This document shows positions 28,264 through 38,577 of a stretch of 64,000 nt of DNA, one piece after another. The notes under the pieces were generated by a model. The model searched no databases and was not told the DNA's origin. It saw only the letters and a program-made list of their open reading frames with translations. Within the stretch, counting starts at the first letter, position 1. Every line of letters begins with the position of its first letter. This stretch comes from an uncultured Anaerolineaceae bacterium (GTDB lineage: Bacteria; Chloroflexota; Limnocylindria; Limnocylindrales; CSP1-4). The stretch covers positions 13,847 through 77,846 of the forward strand of contig CAYYVV010000007.1 of assembly GCA_964475245.1 (NCBI GenBank), given 5' to 3'. A program made the position numbers and the translations under genes.

Positions 28264-28865
28264 GCCGGCTCCTCGAGCATGGAGTCCTCGAGCGCGCGCC
28301 GGAGCGCCGTGAGCCCGAGACGCACACGGCTCTTGACCGTGCCGAGCGGAATCTTGACGCGCGCGGCGATCTCCGTCTGGGTCAGCCCACTGAAATAGGC
28401 GAGCTCGATCGCCTCGCGCTGCGCGTCGGGCAGTGCCGCGACGGCGTTGCGCACCGCGGCAGCGTCGGCGCTGCGGGCGATCTCAGGCCAGACGTCGGGC
28501 GTTGTGAGCGCCTCGTGGACCTCGTCCACCTCGGGCAGCGGCGCAGCCGGGCGGCGGCGGCGGACGATGTCGATGGCCCGGTGATGGGTGATGGACAGCA
28601 GCCACGTGCGTGCGCTTGAGCGGTTCTGCTCGTAGCGCGTCGCGTTGCGCCAAACGCCGGTAAAGGCCTCCTGGACTGCGTCCTGGGCCAATGCCGCGTC
28701 GTTCGTTATGCGCATCGCGAGTCCGTACATCAGTGCCTGATAGCGGTCGTAAAGCTGGGACAGCGCGGCCTCGTCCATACCCGCCGCGAGGCGCGCCAGG
28801 AGCTCTTCGTCCGTCGCGGCGGTGGTCGTGCTGTCAGCGACCACGTCGTGCCCGAGGTCGCTCAT
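28260..28865 (-). CDS. ECF (group IV) sigma-70 factor
   Basis: Region 2 (ALSQLYDRYQALMYGLAMRIT, FTGVWRNA) and region 4 HTH (LAYFSGLTQTEIAARVKIPLGTVKSR). Confidence 0.9.
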   Translation of the reverse strand: MSDLGHDVVADSTTTAATDEELLARLAAGMDEAALSQLYDRYQALMYGLAMRITNDAALAQDAVQEAFTGVWRNATRYEQNRSSARTWLLSITHHRAIDIVRRRRPAAPLPEVDEVHEALTTPDVWPEIARSADAAAVRNAVAALPDAQREAIELAYFSGLTQTEIAARVKIPLGTVKSRVRLGLTALRRALEDSMLEEPA

Positions 28866-28905
28866 CGGTTGATTCGTGAAAAGGACGTGACCGGTTCACT
28901 TCGGC
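28866..28905 (-). promoter_or_regulatory. Candidate autoregulated ECF-type promoter. On the - strand: gtGAACCggtcacgtccttttcaCGAATcaaccgATG.
   Basis: The sequence has a GGAAC-like -35 and a CGAAT/CGT-like -10 at ECF spacing, and it would give a near-leaderless transcript. This is pattern-based only. Confidence 0.2.
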
Positions 28906-29151
28906 GCGCTGAGTTGACGCGACGGGACGGGCACGGACCCAGTTTAGGGCTGCAGCGCACGGCCCAGCGCACGGCCATCTGGATCCACGGCACGGCACCT
29001 GCCTGCGCTGATCCGAACCACGCCCCGGCTGCGTATTCGGGGTCAGAGGGGAAGCAATGGAGAGAGGAGGACGCCTAGGGGAAGTGCCGGTCGCTGCGCG
29101 CGGGGAGCGCGCGTTCACTCAGCCAATTCCTTCGAGGAGGTAACTCGACCA

Positions 29152-30183
29152 ATGCGCGACCAGCGCAACCGGGCAATGGCGGCATCGGTTGCCAGCTCAT
29201 TGCTCATCCTGGCCATGGGTCTCGTCCCGACGACATTCGCGGCGGACCACCTAGATGCGCCGGGCGTCGCCAATAACGGCGCGGCCGACATCACCGACCT
29301 GTATGCCTGGAGCACGGCCAACGGTTCGAAGACCGTCTTTGTGCTCAACGTCAATCCCGGCGCCGGAGTTCTCGCGCAATCGGGGACGACGTTCGGCCCG
29401 GGCATCAAGTACGAGATCAAGATCGACACGAACGGTGACTACAAGCCGGACGTGACCTACATGTACCGGTTCGGCCAGCCCAGCCACGGCACGCAGAGCC
29501 TCAAGCTCTACCGCAACGGCCATCTCATCGCCAACGGCATGACCGGCAGCAACGTCTCCGTGTCCGGTGGTGGCAAGACGACCGCGGGGCTGTACGACGA
29601 TCCGTTCTTCTTCGACCTTGACGCGTTCAAGGGCGAGGTCCTTGGCAGCGGCAACGGCCGTTCGTTCTGCGACGGCGGCACGACCGACTTCTTCCACGGA
29701 CTCAACGTCAGCTCGATGATCCTCAAAGTCCCCAACAGCCAGATTGGTGGCCACGGCGCGAACATCGGCATCTGGGCAACGACCAGCGTCCTGAAGAAGG
29801 GCACCTGGGTCCAGGAAGATCAGATGGGTCGACCGGCCATCAACACGGTGTTCAACAACGTGGACACCGCGCACAAGACAGACCGTGACGCGTTCAACCG
29901 GACAGTTCCGGTGGAGCAGCCACAGATCTTCGGCCAGCACGTCAAGGATGTCCTGACGGCGCTCGGCGCCGCCGATCCCACCTCGCTGGCAAACGTTCTC
30001 CTGCCCGACGTCCTGACTTACCAGACGGGCAATACCGGCGGCTTCCTCAACGGCCGCAAGCTGACCGATGACGTCATTGACGCCGAGCTCTCGCTCGTCA
30101 CCAACGGCGGCATCACCACCGACTGCGTGAGCAACGACAGCGCGTTCAGCAACGCGTGGCCGTATCTCGCGCCGGCGAATTGA
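29152..30183 (+). CDS. DUF4331-family secreted protein
   Basis: Signal peptide, then ADHLDAP, DITDLYAW and the conserved YDDPFFFD (DPF) motif. A good SD (gaggagg) precedes the ATG. Confidence 0.8.
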   Translation: MRDQRNRAMAASVASSLLILAMGLVPTTFAADHLDAPGVANNGAADITDLYAWSTANGSKTVFVLNVNPGAGVLAQSGTTFGPGIKYEIKIDTNGDYKPDVTYMYRFGQPSHGTQSLKLYRNGHLIANGMTGSNVSVSGGGKTTAGLYDDPFFFDLDAFKGEVLGSGNGRSFCDGGTTDFFHGLNVSSMILKVPNSQIGGHGANIGIWATTSVLKKGTWVQEDQMGRPAINTVFNNVDTAHKTDRDAFNRTVPVEQPQIFGQHVKDVLTALGAADPTSLANVLLPDVLTYQTGNTGGFLNGRKLTDDVIDAELSLVTNGGITTDCVSNDSAFSNAWPYLAPAN

Positions 30184-31619
30184 GCGCGTTACAGACGCTG
30201 CTCGGCAAGCCCGGGGCCGCCGCAAGGCGGTCCCCGGGCCGGCGCCGCAACAGCGTCCTCCTGCTCATCCCGCCGCTCCTCGCCCTGGCGGTCGTCGGCG
30301 TCGTCCAGCTCTCCGGGGCGATGAACAGCACCAGCCCGAGCGCGCCCATCAACGGCGACCAGGTTCTGCCCGCCCGGGGCGACCCGAACGGCGACCTCAT
30401 CCCGCAGACCGAGATCTCATCGATCGGCCTCGTGGACACGACGGACATCGATCGGCGCATCGCGTTCTGGCAGCAGCGCACAGCGACCACGGCGTCGTCC
30501 GAGACGAGCTGGATCTCGCTCGGTGACCTGTTGGACCTCAAGGGCCGGATGACCGGCGACATCAACCAGTTCCTGGCCGCGCAGCAGGCCTATCAAAAGG
30601 CGGCCACCGTCGCCCCGAACAGCAGCGCCGCGCGCGCTGGAAGCGCGCGCGAGCTGTCGACGCTGCATGACTTCAACGGCGCCCTTGACGCCGCAACGCA
30701 AACGGTCGCCCTTGATCCGAACGCGGTCGGCGCCCTCGGCGTCGTCTTCGACGCGTCGGTCGAGCTGGGCCACATCTCGGACGCCCAGCTCGCGCTGCAG
30801 GACCTCCAGGCGCGCGTCCAGGGTCCATCGATCGCCGTTCGCCAGGCGCGACTCGACTTCCTGGCGGGCGACACCAAGAGCGCGGTCGATCTCGTCGAGG
30901 GCGCCGCGAGCGATGCCGCCGACGAAGGAGACCTGCCCTCGTCGATCGCGTTCTACGACTACACCGCGGCCGAGTACGAGCTGTTCGCGGGCAACCTGGA
31001 CGCGGCCCAGACCGATTCCGCGAAGGCGCTCGCGATGCTGCCCGGCTACCCGCTCGCCATCTACGACGAGGGGCGTGTGGCTTACGCGCGCGGCGACCTG
31101 ACCGGAGCAATCGGCTATCTCGAGGCGGCAACGGCGGCCCTGCCACGGCCGGACATGCTCGCCTTCCTGGGCGATCTGTACTCGCTCAACGGCAACAGCG
31201 CCAAAGCGACAAATGAATACGCGACGGTCGACTTCATCGCCCAGGTGACCGAGCAATCGGGAGCGGGCAAGGTCTACGACCGGGAATACGGGCTCTACCT
31301 GTCCGAGCACGGCACGAATGTCACTCGCGCGCTCGACATCGCGCAGAGCGAGATCCAGTACCGCCAGGACGAGTACGGCTACGACGCGCTGGCGATGGCA
31401 CTCCACGCCAACGGTCAGGACGCAGAGGCGCTGCAGGACGTCGGCAAAGCCCTCGCCCTGGGAACAGCCGACCCGCGCATCCTGCTTCACGCCGGCCTGA
31501 TCGAGCTTGCCAACGGCGAGACCGCCACCGGCCAGGCGCACCTGGCACAGGCGCTGGCGCTCAATCCAACCGTGTCACCGCTGCTCGTCGAGCAGGCGCG
31601 CAAGGCTCTCGGCCAATGA
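30180..31619 (+). CDS. TPR-repeat protein with an N-terminal signal/anchor
   Basis: Multiple TPR-like helical repeats. TTG 30180 was chosen, overlapping the DUF4331 stop. The track ORF starts at 30156. Confidence 0.65.
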   Translation: MSALQTLLGKPGAAARRSPGRRRNSVLLLIPPLLALAVVGVVQLSGAMNSTSPSAPINGDQVLPARGDPNGDLIPQTEISSIGLVDTTDIDRRIAFWQQRTATTASSETSWISLGDLLDLKGRMTGDINQFLAAQQAYQKAATVAPNSSAARAGSARELSTLHDFNGALDAATQTVALDPNAVGALGVVFDASVELGHISDAQLALQDLQARVQGPSIAVRQARLDFLAGDTKSAVDLVEGAASDAADEGDLPSSIAFYDYTAAEYELFAGNLDAAQTDSAKALAMLPGYPLAIYDEGRVAYARGDLTGAIGYLEAATAALPRPDMLAFLGDLYSLNGNSAKATNEYATVDFIAQVTEQSGAGKVYDREYGLYLSEHGTNVTRALDIAQSEIQYRQDEYGYDALAMALHANGQDAEALQDVGKALALGTADPRILLHAGLIELANGETATGQAHLAQALALNPTVSPLLVEQARKALGQ

Positions 31620-33166
31620 GAGCCCTGCGCCTGCTCCTGGGCGTTGCCCTTTCCTGTGCGGCGCTGGCGCTCGCCGCCCCGGCGGCGAGCGCCCACCCGC
31701 TGGGCAACTTCACGATCAACCACTACTCCGGGCTGCGCGTGGCGCCCGCCGCCGTGACCGTCGACCACGTCATGGACTACGCCGAGATCCCCACCTTTTC
31801 AGAGCGACGGACGATGGATACCGATGGCGACGGTCAGGTCTCGGACGCCGAGGCCCACCTGTACGCGCTCGACATGTGCAACCAGCTCGCGACCAACCTG
31901 GATCTCGAAGTCGGCGGCAGCCGTGCCGCGCTCGACCTGACCCAGGTCGGCATCAGCTTCCCGATGGGCCAGGGGAACCCGACCGAGCGACTGGTGTGCA
32001 TTTACACGGCTCCGATCTCCGCACTCCGGCCCGGCACCTCGATCACGTTTGCCGATGGCACATATCCCGAGCGCCAGGGCTGGCGCGAGATCACGGTCAA
32101 CGGCGACGGAACGACGGTCTCGGGCTCCGATGCGCCGACGACATCTGCATCGAGCAGGCTCACCTACTACCCGCCTGACCTCATCAGCGTCCCGCTCGGC
32201 CAGGCATCGACTGCGTTTGTCGTATCTCCTGGTGGAGCGGCCCTGCCGCCCTTCTCGGTGCCCGACGCGGCGCCGCTCAACGCGACGGCTGCCGCACCCG
32301 CACCCGCGGCCACTGATCCCTCCGCGGCAGTGCCAGCGAGCGTCACCGAGCTGGGCTCGGACGTGACCTCGCTCTTCCAGGCGTCAGACCTCACGCCACC
32401 GGTGATCATCCTGTCGCTCCTCGTGGCCGCCGCGCTGGGCGCCCTTCATGCGGTTTCACCCGGCCACGGCAAGACCGTCATGGCCGCGTATCTCGTCGGC
32501 TCGCGCGGCAACATCCGCCAGGCGTTTGGCCTCGGCTTGACCGTGACCGTATCGCACACGATCGGCGTGCTGGCACTCGGCCTGCTCAGTCTCTCGGCGG
32601 CTTTCGTCATCCCGCCCGACAAGCTCTACCCGCTGTTGAGCATCGGCTCGGGCACGATCGTCATCGTCATCGGCACGTACCTGCTGATCGGCCGCGTCCG
32701 CGCATGGCGCGCCCGACCCGTGCAGTCACACGACGAACACGAACACAGTCACGAGCATGGCCACGATCACGGGCCCGACCATGTGCACCCCGAGGGCTGG
32801 CACGACCACGGCGGCGTCGGCCACACTCACATTCCGCAGCAGCAGATGGGCAAACGGGGCCTGTTCGCGCTCGGTCTCTCCGGAGGAATGATCCCGTCTG
32901 TCTCCGCGCTGCTCGTCCTGATCGGCTCGATCTCGATCGGCCGCCCGGCGTGGGGCATCGTCCTGACCATCGCCTTTGGCCTGGGCATGGCGGCCGTGTT
33001 GGTCGGCATCGGCCTTGCCCTGGTCTACGCGCGCCGGTTCGTGGAGCGTTTCCCGCAGTCTGCCGCGCTCGATCTCGGTCGTCGCGTGCCTGTCCTGAGT
33101 GCCGTCGTCGTGCTCCTCGCCGGCGCGCTGATCACCGGCCAGGGCCTGCTCGGACTCGGCTTATGA
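31616..33166 (+). CDS. Fusion of an N-terminal periplasmic domain of about 260 aa (predicted mature N-terminus HPLGNFTINHY) to an RcnA/NicO-family Ni/Co permease with a long His-rich loop
   Basis: Signal peptide ...AAPAASA then HPLGNF. The permease signature ALHAVSPGHGKTVMAAYLVGS is present. The loop reads HDEHEHSHEHGHDHGPDHVHPEGWHDHGGVGHTH. Confidence 0.75.
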   Translation: MRALRLLLGVALSCAALALAAPAASAHPLGNFTINHYSGLRVAPAAVTVDHVMDYAEIPTFSERRTMDTDGDGQVSDAEAHLYALDMCNQLATNLDLEVGGSRAALDLTQVGISFPMGQGNPTERLVCIYTAPISALRPGTSITFADGTYPERQGWREITVNGDGTTVSGSDAPTTSASSRLTYYPPDLISVPLGQASTAFVVSPGGAALPPFSVPDAAPLNATAAAPAPAATDPSAAVPASVTELGSDVTSLFQASDLTPPVIILSLLVAAALGALHAVSPGHGKTVMAAYLVGSRGNIRQAFGLGLTVTVSHTIGVLALGLLSLSAAFVIPPDKLYPLLSIGSGTIVIVIGTYLLIGRVRAWRARPVQSHDEHEHSHEHGHDHGPDHVHPEGWHDHGGVGHTHIPQQQMGKRGLFALGLSGGMIPSVSALLVLIGSISIGRPAWGIVLTIAFGLGMAAVLVGIGLALVYARRFVERFPQSAALDLGRRVPVLSAVVVLLAGALITGQGLLGLGL

Positions 33167-33310
33167 CAAAGGGACTCGTCGCGCACGACCGACGGCCCTG
33201 CCTCTGAGCGACACGCCGCCGTCATCGTGATCTTGGCGGAACCTGCCCCATAGCCTCCGCGAAGCGTCGATGGCGCGGCCGAGTGGGCGATCTCCGCGAA
33301 GGGAGTCGCG

Positions 33311-34681
33311 ATGTCGCACCAAGTTTCCCAGCCGTGGATGCGCATCGGCACGGCTCTCGCCGCTGCCGCTCTCGGGCTGCTCGCCCTGGGGTTGCCGACG
33401 GCCGCAGCCAGTGGGCCGATGCTGGTCAAGGACATCAACCCGAGCGGCTCGTCCAACCCGACGCAGCTGACCCGCATTGGCAACACGCTTTTCTTCGCCG
33501 CTGACGACGGCGTGCACGGTGTCGAGCTGTGGAAGACGGACGGCACAACCGCAGGCACCAAGATGGTCAAGAACATCCGGTCCAGCGCCAAGAGCTCGTA
33601 TCCCGATTACCTGACGAACTTCAAGGGCACGCTCTTCTTCATGGCCGACGACGGCACGCACGGCCAGGAGCTATGGAAGAGCGACGGCACGAAGGCCGGC
33701 ACGGTGATGGTCAAGGACATTCACACGGGCCCGAAAAATCAGTTCGGCGGCAACGGCACCATGCTGCATCAAGCACCGGTCGTCATCGGCGACCGCATGT
33801 TCCTGGTTGTCGACTCGTGCTGCGTCGGAACAAGCGACATCTACGTCAGCGACGGCACGTCGGCGGGCACCATCGCCGTCACGACCGACCTCGATTACGA
33901 GCTGAACTTGCCCGACCCCGACGTCACGCTGGCGCACGCTTACGACGGCAAGCTGTACTTCGTGAACCTCGGCCTGAAGGACATCCCCTGTGACGATTGC
34001 GAGTCCGAGTACCAGCTGTGGGTGAGCGATGGAACCCTCGGGGGCACTCACCGCGTTGCCGGCACGCCCGGCGACGAGCTCGAGATGGGCATCCTTCCCG
34101 CGTCTGGGAAGAGCCTCTACTTCTTCGCGAACGATCGGCTGTGGAAGACCGACGGCACGGCCGCCGGGACGAAGGCGCTCACGCACGCCGCCCAGTTGGA
34201 GTCGATGCCCGTTGAGGCCGCCTACATGAACGACCGGCTGTACTTCAGCACGGGCGCTATCGATGGGGCAGGCCTGTGGAAGACGGACGGCACGGCAGCC
34301 GGTACCAGGGAGATTCTCGTGGGCGCGGCCGACTGGCTGACCGTGAGCCACGGCCGACTGGACTTTGTCCGCAACCAAGCGCTGTGGTCGACGGGCGGCA
34401 GCGTCAGCAGCTCGCACCGCATCGCGAGTTTCGGTGACCAGTTCCCGCTGGCGTTGACCGATGTCGGAGACAAGATCGTCTTTGCCGTTCCGGACTGGGA
34501 TAGCGCCACCTGGATGCTGTGGAAGAGCGACGGCACGACGGCACGCACGAGTCGCGTCATGAGTTTCGCTGGCGCGTCAGACCGGGAGTGGCGACCGCTC
34601 GGCGCGGCTGTCGGCGACAGGTTCTTCTTCGCCGCGGACGATGGCGTCCACGGTGCGGAGCTGTGGAGCTACAAGCCGTAG
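33311..34681 (+). CDS. ELWxxDGT-repeat secreted protein
   Basis: Signal peptide, then repeated GxELWKTDGTxAGT units (at least 7). Confidence 0.75.
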   Translation: MSHQVSQPWMRIGTALAAAALGLLALGLPTAAASGPMLVKDINPSGSSNPTQLTRIGNTLFFAADDGVHGVELWKTDGTTAGTKMVKNIRSSAKSSYPDYLTNFKGTLFFMADDGTHGQELWKSDGTKAGTVMVKDIHTGPKNQFGGNGTMLHQAPVVIGDRMFLVVDSCCVGTSDIYVSDGTSAGTIAVTTDLDYELNLPDPDVTLAHAYDGKLYFVNLGLKDIPCDDCESEYQLWVSDGTLGGTHRVAGTPGDELEMGILPASGKSLYFFANDRLWKTDGTAAGTKALTHAAQLESMPVEAAYMNDRLYFSTGAIDGAGLWKTDGTAAGTREILVGAADWLTVSHGRLDFVRNQALWSTGGSVSSSHRIASFGDQFPLALTDVGDKIVFAVPDWDSATWMLWKSDGTTARTSRVMSFAGASDREWRPLGAAVGDRFFFAADDGVHGAELWSYKP

Positions 34682-34685
34682 TGGC

Positions 34686-36746
34686 CTAGCCGCGTTGGGC
34701 GCGGGCCCCGTCCGGGTACAGGCGAACTCGCCGGTACGGCTCGCGCCCGCGCGATTGCGACACCAGGTTGGCGCGCTCTGCCATCTGGTGCTGAAGTCGG
34801 CGGATGTACGCGTTCTGGGGTGACAGCTCGACGGGCTGTGACTGCTGGTGGACGAGGCCGATGGCGTCCTCGACCTCGCGCAGGGCGGCGTCGCGCGGAT
34901 CGACCTCGAGCGCAAAGATCGAGGTCAGGGCTGATTCGACCTGGATCAGCGTATTCGACTTGAGCACGAACATGGGCAGGCCGCGCTCCTCCGCCTCGCG
35001 CAGTGCCGGTGGCTTCTGCTTGTAGTAGTTGCGCAGGGTGATCACCACGTCCGCTTCGTCCGGCTCGCGCACGAGCGTCACGGGCAGCTGCAATTCGCGT
35101 ACGGCCTGCTCGAGACGCTTGTTGGAAACACCGAAGCCAAGCACGTTCAGCTTCGGCAGCGCGGAATCGCCCGGGGCAGGCAGCGGGGTCAGGCGGCGCT
35201 CGCCGGCGAGCTCCTCGTCGGTGGCCTCGTCGTCCAGGTCGATCAGGCTGATCGGCTCGTTGTCGGGTCCCTCGTCGTCGCCCAGCGACTCCTGGACGCG
35301 CATCTGGTTGATCGCACGCGACGCCTGGTCGCGCCACTCGCGCTGGCGCTGGAACTCGCGTACATCGCGCGCCCGGGGCTCGGGCGGCAGCGGGCCGCGC
35401 TCGAGCGGCCCGCGGTCAGCTAGCGTGCCCGCTTGGAACGCTTCCGGCGGTCGTTGGTCATCCTCCCATGGCGCGGACGTGCCGCTGGAACCGGCAGTGC
35501 GTGTTGCTCGGCCGTGCCTCCAGCCACCGCTCGCGCCCGGCCGAAAGCCGGGACGATAGCCCCGTTCCGGCTGCTGCAGCCCGAACTCGTTGTTGAACGT
35601 GCCCGGAACCGGCCGGCCACCTGGGCGCCAGCCGGGCTCAGTGCGCCATCCGGCGCCGCTGGTGCCAACGAGACCGCCGAAGCGCTCGCCCGGCATCTGC
35701 GACTGCGGCCCGGGCCGCGGCCGGGCCTGCGAGCGCTGGACCATGCCCACGTCGTCCCGCCAGCGCAGCTCGGGCGCAATGGGATCGCCGCGCAGCATCG
35801 CGTCGACTGTCTCGGCGACATCGGGATGGACGCTCACCCGGTCGCGCGACTGGATCTCGACGACGACGTCGAAGGTCGGCGGCGCCTTGCGCTCGAGGAC
35901 GCTCTTCTGTGTCCGGCGCCGGCGCGCCTCCTCGTCGCCGAGCGTCACGCTCTGGATGCCGCCGATCAGGTCGCTGAGCGTCGGGTTGAGCATCAGGTTG
36001 TCGAGGTTGTTGCCGTGCGCCGTGCCGATCAGCTGCACGCCGCGCTCGGCGATGGTCCGTGCCGCGGCCGCCTCGAGCTCGGTGCCGATCTCATCGATGA
36101 CGATGACCTGGGGCATGTGGTTCTCGACCGCCTCGATCATCACCGCATGCTGTTGAGCCGGGGTGCGCACCTGCATGCGCCGGGCGCGGCCGATGCCTGG
36201 ATGCGGAATATCGCCGTCGCCGGCGATCTCGTTGCTCGTGTCGACCACGACGACGCGCTTGTCGAGCTCGTCGGCCAGGACGCGTGCCGCCTCGCGCAGC
36301 ATCGTCGTCTTGCCGATGCCCGGCCGGCCCATGATCAGCACACTCTTACCGGACTCGACGAGGTCCTTGATGATCTCGATCGTGCCGAACACGGCACGGC
36401 CGATGCGCGCGGTCAGGCCGACGATCTTGCCGCTCCGGTTCCGGATCGCACTGATGCGGTGCAAGGTCCGCTCGATGCCCGCGCGGTTGTCCTCGCCGAA
36501 CGAGCCGATGTGGTCGATGACGTACTGGATGTCCTCGTCGGTCACCTCGCGCTCGCGCAGGAGCTGCTCACCACCGGCGCCGAAGCGTGCCTCGGGTGGC
36601 CGTCCCAGGTCCATGACAACCTCGATCACGTCGCGCTCCACAGGAATCTGTCGGATCGCGGCGGAGATCTCGGGTGGCAGCGCGACGAGCAGCGCCTCCA
36701 GGTCGCTGGGGGCGTCGGCGGCGTTTTCAATGATCGGGTTGCTCAT
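34686..36746 (-). CDS. Ycf45/SpoIIIAA-like AAA ATPase with a C-terminal R3H domain and a long Arg/Gly/Pro-rich linker
   Basis: Walker [10 protein letters not shown] and Walker [11 protein letters not shown]. The C-terminal R3H-like region reads [16 protein letters not shown]. The linker of about 140 aa is low-complexity RG/RP-rich. Confidence 0.8.
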   Translation of the reverse strand: MSNPIIENAADAPSDLEALLVALPPEISAAIRQIPVERDVIEVVMDLGRPPEARFGAGGEQLLREREVTDEDIQYVIDHIGSFGEDNRAGIERTLHRISAIRNRSGKIVGLTARIGRAVFGTIEIIKDLVESGKSVLIMGRPGIGKTTMLREAARVLADELDKRVVVVDTSNEIAGDGDIPHPGIGRARRMQVRTPAQQHAVMIEAVENHMPQVIVIDEIGTELEAAAARTIAERGVQLIGTAHGNNLDNLMLNPTLSDLIGGIQSVTLGDEEARRRRTQKSVLERKAPPTFDVVVEIQSRDRVSVHPDVAETVDAMLRGDPIAPELRWRDDVGMVQRSQARPRPGPQSQMPGERFGGLVGTSGAGWRTEPGWRPGGRPVPGTFNNEFGLQQPERGYRPGFRPGASGGWRHGRATRTAGSSGTSAPWEDDQRPPEAFQAGTLADRGPLERGPLPPEPRARDVREFQRQREWRDQASRAINQMRVQESLGDDEGPDNEPISLIDLDDEATDEELAGERRLTPLPAPGDSALPKLNVLGFGVSNKRLEQAVRELQLPVTLVREPDEADVVITLRNYYKQKPPALREAEERGLPMFVLKSNTLIQVESALTSIFALEVDPRDAALREVEDAIGLVHQQSQPVELSPQNAYIRRLQHQMAERANLVSQSRGREPYRRVRLYPDGARAQRG

Positions 36747-36768
36747 GATGCCTTCGTTCTGGATGCGG

Positions 36769-37883
36769 TCAGCGCAGGACGGCGGGGACGAGCGCCGGCT
36801 TGGTTACACGCTCCACGGCCTCCTTCATCAGCAGCGAAACCTGGGCGACGTCGGCGAAGCCATGCTCCTCCAGGCGCCGATCAAGCGGTGACTCGTAAGT
36901 TCGCACAGCGCTCAGGACTCCGCGTTCTCCTGCGCCGCGCTCGGCGCGCTGCCAGCGTCCGGCCAGATCGCTCCAGCGCGATCGAGTCCGCTCTGCCAGC
37001 GCGCCAAGGCAGAACGTGATCAGGTCGCTCGGATCATGGTCGGTCCTCGAGATGACGCGAATGTAGTGCGGTTGTTCTGTCTTCGACGTCCCGATCTGGC
37101 AGAACGCGAGCAGCTCGCCATCGAGCTTGCCGCTCGTCGCCTGCTGGACGAAGGCCTCGACGTCGGCGAAGCGAAGAATGGGCGTCAGTGCCGATCGTGG
37201 CACGCGCCAGTAGCTGCCCTGGCGTTCCCAGTCGGGCTGGCGGTAATCCTCGAGTCGTGCCACGGGCCCGGGCGTCGCGCTGCGATACAGCCGATCGAGG
37301 ATCAGCGCGTCGAGCGGCACCGCGGGCCGAATGCCGAGCGCCCGCGCGTCGGTCGCGCTCATTGCGGCGTCGGGCGCCTGGTCAGGTGGTCGGAAGAGGA
37401 TCGTCTCCTCGCCGTATCGAGCGAAACCGGCTTGCATGAAGAGCTCGACGTTACCGCCCTCGTCGGAACAGGCGACATGGAAACGCATGCCACCACGCTT
37501 GCTTGCGTCTCTCAGCACACGCTGGACCAGGCGGAAACGGATGTCGCCCGAGAGTCCTTCGTCCATCGCGTCAAGCTCGACGAATGTCCACTCGACGCGG
37601 ATGTTGTCGTGATCGACGTGGGCGAGGCCCTGGATACGGCCCTGCTCCTCGTAGACGTAGAGCAGGTCAGCGGGCAGCAGTGCCGACAAGGGCAGGCGAA
37701 AGAGCGTGAACACGCTGACGTGGCTCGTGCCAACGGGCAGGCCAAGCGTGCGCAACTGCAAGTCCGTCCGCGGCGCGAGGTGGGCCTGGCGGGACAGCTC
37801 GCTGAGCGCGGCCAGATCGGTCAGCCGCGCGGCGCGTACTCGCCCGGTCCGATGCGTCGACGGCCGGGTCGCGCTGATCACTC
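36769..37883 (-). CDS. Hypothetical protein with a GNAT-like N-terminal region
   Basis: A GTG start was chosen to abut the pdxT stop. The track ORF continues upstream and overlaps pdxT. Confidence 0.5.
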
Positions 37884-38543
37884 GGCTCGGCGCCTGACCG
37901 GATGCGGGCGGCGGCCGCTGCCCTCGCCCGGCTCGGCGAACTCGGCGGCCATCGTCGCCACGAGGCGGTGGAAGCGCGTCTCGCCGGCCAGCTCGGGATG
38001 GAAGGCAGTGGCGATGACGCCGCCCTTGCGCACTGCGACGACGCGCCCGTCGTCGAGCTTCGCGAGGATGTCGACGTCCGGGCCGACACGCTCGACGATC
38101 GGCGCACGGATGAACACCGCGTGGACGGGCCTGTCGCCCAGGACGGGCACCTTGACCTCCGCCTCGAAGCTCTCCAGCTGGCGACCAAAGGCGTTGCGCT
38201 TGACGCTGATGTCCAGCAGCGGGAGAACCGGCGCGTCTCCGTCGGTGATCTCGCTCGAGAGCAGGATCATGCCCGCGCACGTGCCGAAGATCGGGGCGCC
38301 CTTGCGCGCAAGATTGAGGATCGGCTGGCGCAGATCCCAGGTGTCGATCAGCTTGCGCATCGCGGTGCTCTCGCCGCCCGGGATGATCAGGCCGGAGAGA
38401 CCGTCCAGGTCGCGCGGCAGCCGGACTGGAACGGCGTCGACGCCCAGCTGACGCAGGATCTCGAGGTGCTCGGCAAACGCGCCCTGGACGGCGAGCACGC
38501 CGATCCTGATGCGGCTGTGCGGCTGATCGTGGGTCGTTGTCAT
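37878..38543 (-). CDS. pdxT: Pyridoxal 5'-phosphate synthase glutaminase subunit
   Basis: IGVLAVQGAFAEH and GTCAGMI (catalytic Cys) are present. It lies directly downstream of pdxS. Confidence 0.9.
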   Translation of the reverse strand: MTTTHDQPHSRIRIGVLAVQGAFAEHLEILRQLGVDAVPVRLPRDLDGLSGLIIPGGESTAMRKLIDTWDLRQPILNLARKGAPIFGTCAGMILLSSEITDGDAPVLPLLDISVKRNAFGRQLESFEAEVKVPVLGDRPVHAVFIRAPIVERVGPDVDILAKLDDGRVVAVRKGGVIATAFHPELAGETRFHRLVATMAAEFAEPGEGSGRRPHPVRRRAE

Positions 38544-38577
38544 GCCCGGACTCTGTGCCGGAAAAGCCGGCGTCTGC

